NCBI GenBank assembly: GCA_963733035.1
Contig: CAVTBU010000008.1
Span: 64,001-128,000, forward strand
DNA: 64,000 bases
Source of the DNA: Pirellulales bacterium
GTDB lineage: Bacteria > Planctomycetota > Planctomycetia > Pirellulales > PALSA-1355
Direction of reading: 5' to 3'
Of the stretch, positions 8,137 through 15,785 are shown one piece after another. Within the stretch, counting starts at the first letter, position 1. Every line of letters starts with the position of its first letter. The notes under the pieces are model-generated. The model saw only the letters and a list, made by a program, of their open reading frames with translations. It did not search any database and had not been told where the DNA came from. Both the position numbers and the translations under genes were made by a program.

Positions 8137-9915
8137 TCATTCGGTCCGCGCGATCTCAATTTCGCGTCCACCATCGACACAGAAAATCCTAAAGCGCACG
8201 ATTGCCTTGTCGTGAATCGCAGTGGTCAGCTCAGCCAGCTCGCTGACAGCCTTGGCACGCTCGCGATTGATCGGCAATTCCGTCTGCATTTGGACAAACA
8301 AGGTTTTCGCGCGTTCAATCCGCTGCAGAGCAGCCGCTTTCAACGCCGCGACCTGTGGTGCCGCCATGTTATCACCATACCGAGCTACTAGTGCATTCAA
8401 GTCAGCGGTGGAATTTTTTACCTCAGCTTCTGCCACCGGTATACTGGCGACTTGCTTCTCAACCAGCGAGTTTAGCTGTCGCAGTAATGTCTGCACTCGG
8501 TCGACTGTCCACGCGTACTCCTTCCGGTCGAACGGCATCATTATTGGCTCGAACCGCACCTGTAAAATGGACTTCCCCGTACCTGACAAGGAGATTTCGA
8601 TGCCGGCCTGTGGCAGTTCATCACGAATTGCGATTCGCAACTTGGAGCCCACCTTTGCAACACGGTCGCTCGGATAGAATGCCCGGGCCGTTGCGCCTTC
8701 GATGCTCAACACTTCAACACGCAGTGAGCGCGGATCAGCTACATCGACGTGCGACAATGTAATTGGGATGGAAGTTTTCGATCGAGTCAGATCGACGGCG
8801 ATCCCTTTGAGAATCAACGTATTTTGACGGTCAACCGAGGGCTTTTGCGAGTCTTTTTTCGGCTGAACCGGCCTACCCATGTCGGGTGACAGTGGCAGCT
8901 GTGTCGGATTGCTCGGAAGAAGCTTCTCTTGGACCTCTCGCTTCAGATCCGGATGGACATCGAACTGTTCCATAAGTTCGTCTACCGCGCGGAGACCAAG
9001 TCGTGTAGCAAGTAAAGGCTTTGAGTCCTTAATTTTGATTGCCTCGCTAATAGCCATCTCGTACAGCACGTAGCGCATCCAATTCTGCTCTTGTGTTTTG
9101 GCCGCGTTCAAATAGTCTTCTGGGTTAAGTTCACCTTCGACGGTGATCGCCTTTCTGGCCTTTGCCTGCTGCTCCGGAGTGGGAACCGGGAGCTTGCCGT
9201 TCCCATTCAATCCCCTGGGTGGCCTCGCGGTGGGGACGACTGGAAGCGTTCTGCCCTTAGTCAATTCGGCAGTGGGTTGCGGCACGTTGCTTGGTACGTT
9301 GTCTTGCCTTGCTCGCGGATTTGGCCTGAGCTGTGGACTGTTTTCGCGAATGGGTTTGTTCTGCTTTTTTGGCAGACCGGCGACCTTTGTGGGGTTGGTC
9401 CCCTGCGGCCTTCCGAGGACCTTGTCAAAATCGATCAAAAACGTTGCCGTAATCACGGCAGCAATTATCGCTACACCGCCGATGATGATTGCAACACCGT
9501 GGTTGCTGCGCCGTCGACGGCGCGGTACCGCGCGTATTCGCGGTTCGACGAACGTTGCGGGTGCCTGAACCGGCGTCGTCGCGGCGACGGCCGGCAATGG
9601 CGATGCGGCAAAATGAGGTGGGGGAGTGATGTCTTCAGGCGGCGACAGCTTTCGACGCAGCTGCTGATCGTATTCCACCTTTGAGGTGGGATTCAACAAG
9701 CAGACTTTCGCGCGAGCTATCTCATTCAGGATCCGCTGCGAAAGCTCAGACTGCGGGCCAATCTTGTAGCTTTGGATGTGCGCCATCTGGCGCTCGCCGG
9801 CAGACTGTATCACTTCCCTGTCGGATTCAAAGTGCTCCAGACCAAGCAACCGATAGTGGTCAGGTGGCTGGTTTTCTGGCCGAATTCCCAGCCACTTGTA
9901 GTATGGATCGAACAC
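8137..9915 (-). CDS. Membrane-anchored protein with N-terminal J-domain-like module lacking HPD
   Basis: GTG start with GGAGG RBS; FDPYYKWLGI..QPPDHYRLLGL...LNEIARAKVCLLNPTSKVEYDQQLR; one TM helix (GVAIIIGGVAIIAAVITATFLI); C-terminal coiled coil. Confidence 0.75.
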   Translation of the reverse strand: MFDPYYKWLGIRPENQPPDHYRLLGLEHFESDREVIQSAGERQMAHIQSYKIGPQSELSQRILNEIARAKVCLLNPTSKVEYDQQLRRKLSPPEDITPPPHFAASPLPAVAATTPVQAPATFVEPRIRAVPRRRRRSNHGVAIIIGGVAIIAAVITATFLIDFDKVLGRPQGTNPTKVAGLPKKQNKPIRENSPQLRPNPRARQDNVPSNVPQPTAELTKGRTLPVVPTARPPRGLNGNGKLPVPTPEQQAKARKAITVEGELNPEDYLNAAKTQEQNWMRYVLYEMAISEAIKIKDSKPLLATRLGLRAVDELMEQFDVHPDLKREVQEKLLPSNPTQLPLSPDMGRPVQPKKDSQKPSVDRQNTLILKGIAVDLTRSKTSIPITLSHVDVADPRSLRVEVLSIEGATARAFYPSDRVAKVGSKLRIAIRDELPQAGIEISLSGTGKSILQVRFEPIMMPFDRKEYAWTVDRVQTLLRQLNSLVEKQVASIPVAEAEVKNSTADLNALVARYGDNMAAPQVAALKAAALQRIERAKTLFVQMQTELPINRERAKAVSELAELTTAIHDKAIVRFRIFCVDGGREIEIARTE

Positions 9916-9987
9916 TTTTCTGTCGCCTCCGTTTTTGCGTGCGTCTCCTCTGCCCTGCTCGCAAGCCCGGCGGCTTAGCACCTTGCC

Positions 9988-10016
9988 ATGATACGAGCGG
10001 GCTCTTAATTGATCAA
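9988..10016 (-). promoter_or_regulatory. Sigma70-type promoter of the J-like gene
   Basis: Minus strand TTGATC-17-TATCAT. Confidence 0.55.
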
Positions 10017-10059
10017 CCTGACCCGAATTGCGGTAGTGTCCTAACAGTGAGGTGGTCCC

Positions 10060-10299
10060 GTGATTGATACCTATCCGCGTCATATCTTGGAGCTGATCGC
10101 GGCCTGCCGCCAGAATCGTGGCCTGGACCCTCGCGACGTACTGGATGCAATCGACGATCCCCAGTGGGAGCGGGCTTGCCACACTAACGACTGGCGTTCT
10201 GTTGTCGTGGATTCCGTCGTCGATATATGGCCTTTTTTGGGGGTTGAGGCGAGGTTGGTGGCCTATCTAACTGCTTCTGTCGAGGTGGCGATTCAGTAA
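10060..10299 (+). CDS. Small hypothetical protein (79 aa)
   Basis: GTG preceded by GAGGTGG inside the left IR; globular-looking PQW...DWR...IW pattern; overlaps the 3' end of the convergent HEPN-like ORF. Confidence 0.5.
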   Translation: MIDTYPRHILELIAACRQNRGLDPRDVLDAIDDPQWERACHTNDWRSVVVDSVVDIWPFLGVEARLVAYLTASVEVAIQ

Positions 10300-10789
10300 T
10301 CTTTTTGGCTTGCTTTCGGATGAAATCATCCAGATATCCTACCGCCAGCTCGATGGATTGTCTCGAAGCGTGCAGGCGCTTGTAACCGTAGATTCGCTTT
10401 ACAAATTCCCGAATTGCCTGAACCTGCTGTTCAATCTCGATGTCATCCAGCGAAACGACACGCGGATGGTGCGCTGCATGATTGCGAATTAGTCTGAGCG
10501 CATCGAGCAGGTCGCACACTTCGTGAGCCAGGAGGCCAAAGGCCCGGCACATGGTTATTTTCATGCCGAACGAATAGAGCGGCGACGTAAAGGTATCTAG
10601 CAGCCTGCCTCGGAGATCTGAGTTCAGTCCTTCTCTTGCAAAAGTCTCCCGTAAAAGATCCTCCATTCGATCGTTCAATACCTCGCATCCGATTAGAGGA
10701 CATGCACGATCGGAATCAGACCACATCGCGCTGGTCGTAAGTAGCCAATCCACTAAGGATTTCTTACGTCTATTTTTCTTGCCGCTCAT
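10184..10789 (-). CDS. MltR-like HEPN-superfamily protein (putative RNase)
   Basis: SDRAC..IG...L...L..LL, PLYSFGMKI..CRAFGLL, and RxxxxH motif RNHAAH. Confidence 0.72.
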   Translation of the reverse strand: MSGKKNRRKKSLVDWLLTTSAMWSDSDRACPLIGCEVLNDRMEDLLRETFAREGLNSDLRGRLLDTFTSPLYSFGMKITMCRAFGLLAHEVCDLLDALRLIRNHAAHHPRVVSLDDIEIEQQVQAIREFVKRIYGYKRLHASRQSIELAVGYLDDFIRKQAKKITESPPRQKQLDRPPTSPQPPKKAIYRRRNPRQQNASR

Positions 10790-10871
10790 ACGTTAGCCCC
10801 TTGGGCGTGGCGTAGTGCGGTCCCTGCCTTATACGCTCACGGATTCGGTGTGCAAATCACCGCACGTCCAT

Positions 10872-11039
10872 TCAGCGGCGTTTAGCGGCCTTTAGAAGCA
10901 CCTCACGCGCCCAGGTGGACGTGTTGCCGTCTGCGGCCTTCTCAAGCTGCTTTAGCTCGGATTCGCTCAAGCGAATCTGAAAGCGTATGTCGCGTCGCTC
11001 CGCGTCGTCTTTTGGGGGTCTACCCCTTTGTGATTCCAT
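10872..11039 (-). CDS. Small ribbon-helix-helix-like DNA-binding protein (55 aa, not in the ORF track)
   Basis: MESQRGRPPKDDAERRDIRFQIRLSESELKQLEKAADGNTSTWAREVLLKAAKRR; divergent from the transposase. Confidence 0.75.
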   Translation of the reverse strand: MESQRGRPPKDDAERRDIRFQIRLSESELKQLEKAADGNTSTWAREVLLKAAKRR

Positions 11040-11045
11040 GACAGG

Positions 11046-11105
11046 ATTGTACAGACAAAAAATATTCGTGCAAGCTATTTACCGCCGATTAAATGTCTGT
11101 ACAAT
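11046..11105. promoter_or_regulatory. Inverted-repeat operator pair between the RHH and transposase genes
   Basis: ATTGTACAGACA (11046-11057) and TGTCTGTACAAT (11094-11105), perfect 12-bp IR in an AT-rich spacer. Confidence 0.65.
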
Positions 11106-11248
11106 AAATTATGTTGGGAACGGCAATTCCCAATAAAAAACCCCGACTCGGCCCTGGCAGGCTGAATCGGGGGACAAACAACCAGGCTCTCGCTAGGCTG
11201 CTGTGACAAGCCAATTCTAGCGGAAGCCGTAACCAAGGCTACCCCGCG

Positions 11249-12283
11249 ATGATGATGATTGCTTGTGCCCATGCGACGTTCCAGAAATACGGCAAAGACC
11301 GCAAGGGAAACCAGCGGTTTAAGTGCTCGCTGTGCGGCAAGCGATGGACGGAAGAACACGCCAAGCCGCTCGGCGAGATGCGCGTGCCGGTCGAAACCGC
11401 CAAACTCGCGCTCCGTCTGCTGACGGAAGGCATGAGCATCCGCGCCACGGAACGCACAACCGGCTTGCACCGAGACACGATTTGCAAACTGCTGGTGTTA
11501 TTTGGCGATGCCTGCCAGCGGTTTTTAGACGAGCGTATGCGTGGGCTCACACTGTCTCATCTGCAATTCGACGAACAGTGGACTTACGTCTACAAGAAAC
11601 AATCTCGGCTCACCACGACCGAGCGCGAGCGATCGAGCGAGCAAGGCGATATGTACTTGTGGACGTGAGTGGACCAGAAAACGAAGCTCATGCCCGCGTT
11701 CCTGATCGGCAAGCGTTCGGCCGACAATGCCCGCCGTTTTATGATGGACGTTGCGAACCGGCTGGTGTTCCCAAAGCCGCACCAGAGCGATGACCAGAGC
11801 TATACAAAGCCTGGATACCAGCCCATTACTCAAATTTCGACGGATGGCTTCCCGGCCTACCCCGAGGCCGTGGACCTGGCTTTCGGTCCCTACGTCAAGT
11901 TCGGCACGATCATAAAGGAGTACCGCAACGCGAGCATGATCTATACGCCCTCAGAAATGGTCGGTACGAAGCGGACGGGCGTTCGCGGGATAAGCGGCCG
12001 GAACCAGCGGACGATATGTACCTCGCACGTGGAGAGGTTGAACGGCACCCAGCGGCTATTTATGAAGCGTCTCAACCGGTTGACCTACTGCTTTTCCAAG
12101 AAACTACGGAACCTGGACGCGGCATTCGCCATGTTCGCGGCCTACTACAACTTTTGCTGGCAGACCCGCAAGCCGGGCAAGTCGGGGCAGAAACGGGGGA
12201 CCGCCGCGATGATGGCTGGACTGGCCGGCCACGTGTGGAGCTTCGACGAACTATTCGATGAGGCAATTGCCAAAATTGCCTGA
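11249..12283 (+). pseudogene. IS1-family transposase (Zn ribbon, HTH, DDE) interrupted by an in-frame TGA at 11666-11668
   Basis: KYGKDRKGNQRFKCSLCG, EGMSIRATERTTG, QFDEQWTYV, YLWT*VDQKTKL, STDG, TSHVERLN; both ORFs are in the same frame. Confidence 0.88.
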
Positions 12284-12331
12284 CCCCCCGTTATGGTTGA
12301 AGCCGGACGCACATTCGAGTAGTCTGCTGGC

Positions 12332-12919
12332 ATGATTTGTCGAATCGCACGTATATCGGCCGTTTTGGTATATTTCGCATTATCTGCGGACGCGCCTGCG
12401 CAAGACATAATTCAATTTACAAATCCACCCGGAAATGGCACCGTTCAACTGCAAATATGGCCGATGTCGGTCGCAGGACCGCAAGCCAATTTCATCCTAA
12501 AGCCCGGTCAAAGCATGCCGGTTCAGCTAGTATCGCAGGGAAAATTCAACATCCGCAGCCTGCAATGGAGCCCAGACGGGAACACCTGCACTCGCTGGCT
12601 CGTACAGAATTTGGATCTCCATGCGATCGCAGATGGATCAGTCCTATCGATCAAGCTTTATGCATCTCGGGAAGCGATGTGGGAGCGATTTGATGGGCAA
12701 TACATGCAGGTGGCAGTGCCTCCAGGAGATTCAAAATGCATCTGGGAATTCACGACAATACCGACGGCGGTAGAATCACCTCCCCTGCTGGAGCCGATAG
12801 AAACAGAGCCTGCGCCTACCGGTGTGCAGCAGTACGCAACTGTTTCCATGCCAGCTGGATGCCCGGTAATTGGGCATGATCCGCCGAGAGAACCAAAAAT
12901 CCCAAAACGTAAAAAGTAG
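12332..12919 (+). CDS. Hypothetical secreted protein (transposon passenger)
   Basis: Signal-peptide-like N-terminus, beta-rich core, basic Pro-rich tail. Confidence 0.65.
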   Translation: MICRIARISAVLVYFALSADAPAQDIIQFTNPPGNGTVQLQIWPMSVAGPQANFILKPGQSMPVQLVSQGKFNIRSLQWSPDGNTCTRWLVQNLDLHAIADGSVLSIKLYASREAMWERFDGQYMQVAVPPGDSKCIWEFTTIPTAVESPPLLEPIETEPAPTGVQQYATVSMPAGCPVIGHDPPREPKIPKRKK

Positions 12920-12934
12920 CAGGAAGGGATTGAT

Positions 12935-13543
12935 ATGGGGTCCGACGCAATTTGGGAAAAGCTGATGTCTCTCAGCATCGTTGCCGGCATGAATCAGCGG
13001 TATTCGCAGTACATGCTGACTAAGGCGGAGTGGTTCAGTAGTGCGATAGACGTTGCGGTTGTTGTCTTTACTATGCTCACCTTGGTTTTCGGGGTGGCTG
13101 CCTATTACAAGCCCGGGAATCTGATGCCCTTATTGCCATATTGGTGGAGCGGAACTGGATGGGGCGTATGGCGTGTTAAGTATAGTCGAATGGCTATCGC
13201 GATGTCGTTGTTCGCTGCGCTCAGTGGTGTGGTGCTCGTTGTCGTGCCAACAAACAAGTCAGTTCATTTCTATAGCACGATGCTTCAAAGCTGGAGCGAC
13301 CTGAGGCAGGACATAGATTCCGCAATTGTCGATTCCGACTCGCACACATTGATTTCCAATGAGCACGGTGAAATGTACCTGGAAAGGCGATATCGCGACC
13401 TGCTGGCAAAAAAGAATGCTCTAAATGCAAGGGAGCCATCTCCCGACCAAGAGCTTCTTGAGCATTTCTTAACGCTGGAAGAGCGGTCGAGGTCGGCCCA
13501 AGATGAAATAGCCGACCAGAAACCAGTCGCACTAAGGGAATAG
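12935..13543 (+). CDS. SLATT-like two-TM protein (transposon passenger)
   Basis: N-terminal helix with NQRY, two hydrophobic helices, then helical WSDLRQDID...RYRDL...LNAREP region. Confidence 0.6.
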   Translation: MGSDAIWEKLMSLSIVAGMNQRYSQYMLTKAEWFSSAIDVAVVVFTMLTLVFGVAAYYKPGNLMPLLPYWWSGTGWGVWRVKYSRMAIAMSLFAALSGVVLVVVPTNKSVHFYSTMLQSWSDLRQDIDSAIVDSDSHTLISNEHGEMYLERRYRDLLAKKNALNAREPSPDQELLEHFLTLEERSRSAQDEIADQKPVALRE

Positions 13544-13567
13544 ACAGAGGCAATTCAGAACCACAAC

Positions 13568-13594
13568 AGCCCCGGCCCCCTGCCGGGGCTTTTT
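13568..13594 (+). terminator. Intrinsic terminator after the SLATT-like gene
   Basis: AGCCCCGGC-CCCCT-GCCGGGGCT followed by TTTT. Confidence 0.8.
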
Positions 13595-13616
13595 CATGCG
13601 CGATAGAATGGTGCCT

Positions 13617-13751
13617 ATGAGCGAGATTCATTTCACCTATCACGCGTCTTCGACCTGGCTGCCGTGGGCTGGGGTTGCGTTTGGGCTGGCCATGATCATC
13701 GGCTGCTCCGTAGCACTCTGGCGTGGCAGACGCCGACCACCTCAGTCCTAG
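13617..13751 (+). CDS. Putative 44-aa single-TM peptide ending inside the right IR
   Basis: MSEIHFTYHASSTWLPWAGVAFGLAMIIGCSVALWRGRRRPPQS; TAGAAT 7 nt upstream of the ATG. Confidence 0.4.
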   Translation: MSEIHFTYHASSTWLPWAGVAFGLAMIIGCSVALWRGRRRPPQS

Positions 13752-13802
13752 GACACTACCCGAATTGCATGGGGTTTTGGATTCTGATAGCCTTTTTCTG
13801 CC

Positions 13803-15692
13803 ATGTCCCACCCGCCAATAGGCATTGACCTTGGAACGACTTACTCGGTCATCGCGTTCGTTGATGACACTGGTCGCCCTACGTCAATTGCGAACGAAGA
13901 CGGGGAAATTCTAACGCCGAGTGCGATTTCAATTGACCAGGGCGAAGTTGTCGTTGGAAAAGAGGCGATAAAGCAGGCCATATTCGAGCCATCGGTTTTT
14001 GCTGACTGCTTCAAGCGTGACATGGGGCGATCGCACTATCACCGGCCGATTGCGAAAAGACGGATTCCGCCTGAAGTCTTAAGCGCTTTTATCTTAAGGC
14101 GCCTCAAGCAGGACGCAGAACGCCGACTCGGACCAATTAGGCAAGCGGTTATTACCGTTCCAGCCTTTTTTGACGAAACACGCCGTCGCGCGACTCAAGA
14201 GGCCGGTAGGATCGCGGGACTCGAAGTCCTCGACATAATCAATGAGCCGACCGCAGCTGCTGTAGCGTTTGGCTACCAATCATCGACCGAGCATGAACAC
14301 GTTTTGGTCTACGACTTGGGTGGCGGAACGTTTGACGTGACCGTTTTGCAGATTGATGGCAAGAAGTTCCGCACATTGGCAACCGATGGCGATGTTCAAC
14401 TCGGGGGCAGGGACTTTGATGAGCGCCTTGTGAATCACGTAGCGGATAAGTTTAAGGACGCACATGGGTCCGACCCTCGCAGTGACCCCCACGATGCGGC
14501 CCAACTATGGCAGAATGCCCAAGACGCAAAACATACGCTTTCTCAAAGGTCCAGTGTGGCGATTCCATGCTTTCATACCGGTATCAGAATGCGGGTCGAC
14601 CTTACTCGTTCCGAATTCGAGGAAATGACCGCGGACTTGATCGAGAGAACAGAAACCACGACTCAACTTGTCTTGAGACAAGCGAAACTGGATTGGAGTA
14701 AGATCGACCGGGTGCTTCTTGTCGGCGGGTCGACAAGAATGCCGAAGGTATCTGAGATGCTGCAGCGCGTTTCAGGAAAGGAGCCCGACCGATCAATGTC
14801 GCCGGACGAAGCGGTGGCCCACGGGGCAGCACTTTATGCCGGCCAACTTATGGCTGAACCCAGTCTGCCCCAGTCGTCAGCCTTTGAGCTTGTCAATGTG
14901 AACTCGCATAGCCTGGGCATAATTGGCATAGATCAGCGAGAGGACCGCTACCGAAATATCATCATAATCCCAAAGAACACACCGCTCCCCTGCAAGGTTG
15001 TTCGCAAGTTCGCTACTGCGCGAGAGAATCAAAACAGTGTTCGCGTCGTCGTCGTGGAAGGTGAAAGCGAACGACCAGAACACTGCATCGAACTTGGCGT
15101 ATGCGTGGTTCGCAATTTGCCGCCAGGACTGCCAAAGGGAACAAGAATAGAAGTCGAATATAGCTATGCGGCAAATGGTCGAATCTCGGTTCGTGCCCGA
15201 GTGCCGAAGGCACGTCAGTCGGCCGCAGTAGATTTGCAGTACGATGCTGCGTTGAACTTGGGCTTGAACGATTGGAAGACGAAGATTTGTGGTGATGAGC
15301 CAGCAGAAATTGTTGAGGGCGAAGACGAACTCGACAAATTCGTAAAGTACCTTGATGAGCTACTTGTTTCGATGGGACAGCGCGCCGCCAAGCTACGTCT
15401 GCCCGCCATATTTCAACGGAAACAGGTGGACGCAGTCGATGTCGCGGAAGAGTTACGATCGCTAACCACAGGCTATCTGGAGGCCGAACGGAATCGGCAG
15501 TCAGCCGTTGGTCAGTCTGAGATTCTCAAAACATCTGCCGCTCTATCGCAATTGACGGTCGCAATGGAGCTTGCGGAGGTCAAATTGCGATCAGCCTATC
15601 GCGCGCTCGCGCAGGCATGCGTCGAGGCGGAATACGCCCCTGAACCCCTTGCAGGTTTATACAACGAAATCAAGCGGGTTCACTCAGCATGA
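13803..15692 (+). CDS. Specialised Hsp70 (DnaK-like paralogue) with non-canonical C-terminus
   Basis: IGIDLGTTYS, ITVPAFF, INEPTAAA, YDLGGGTFDVT, LLVGGSTRMPKV, PDEAVAHGAA; beta-sandwich SBD; helical tail unlike the DnaK lid. Confidence 0.93.
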   Translation: MSHPPIGIDLGTTYSVIAFVDDTGRPTSIANEDGEILTPSAISIDQGEVVVGKEAIKQAIFEPSVFADCFKRDMGRSHYHRPIAKRRIPPEVLSAFILRRLKQDAERRLGPIRQAVITVPAFFDETRRRATQEAGRIAGLEVLDIINEPTAAAVAFGYQSSTEHEHVLVYDLGGGTFDVTVLQIDGKKFRTLATDGDVQLGGRDFDERLVNHVADKFKDAHGSDPRSDPHDAAQLWQNAQDAKHTLSQRSSVAIPCFHTGIRMRVDLTRSEFEEMTADLIERTETTTQLVLRQAKLDWSKIDRVLLVGGSTRMPKVSEMLQRVSGKEPDRSMSPDEAVAHGAALYAGQLMAEPSLPQSSAFELVNVNSHSLGIIGIDQREDRYRNIIIIPKNTPLPCKVVRKFATARENQNSVRVVVVEGESERPEHCIELGVCVVRNLPPGLPKGTRIEVEYSYAANGRISVRARVPKARQSAAVDLQYDAALNLGLNDWKTKICGDEPAEIVEGEDELDKFVKYLDELLVSMGQRAAKLRLPAIFQRKQVDAVDVAEELRSLTTGYLEAERNRQSAVGQSEILKTSAALSQLTVAMELAEVKLRSAYRALAQACVEAEYAPEPLAGLYNEIKRVHSA

Positions 15693-15785
15693 TGTAAACA
15701 CCGCTCAATGTGCTGTTGGCGAAAACAGAGCCGCGGTTCGCGACGCCACGGCTCGCCGAATTGTCAAAGAGCCTCGCGAGACCAA

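Larger units (their letters stand above)
10032..13760. mobile_element. IS1-family transposon with passenger genes (3,729 bp), nested in the satellite
   Basis: Terminal IRs GGTAGTGTCCTAACAGTGAGGTGGTC (10032-10057) and GACCACCTCAGTCCTAGGACACTACC (13735-13760), 23/26 match; 8-bp TSD CGAATTGC at 10024-10031 and 13761-13768; internal DDE transposase. Confidence 0.92.

Noticed and set aside
9916..10182. N-terminal extension of the 681-aa ORF
   Set aside because: It crosses the IS boundary and TSD; a GGAGG RBS and a promoter support the GTG start at 9915
11666..11720. Selenocysteine recoding of the transposase TGA
   Set aside because: No convincing bacterial SECIS hairpin just downstream, and no redox role expected at this position
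13803..15692. Housekeeping dnaK
   Set aside because: No grpE or canonical dnaJ nearby, divergent linker and C-terminus, and located inside a mobile element
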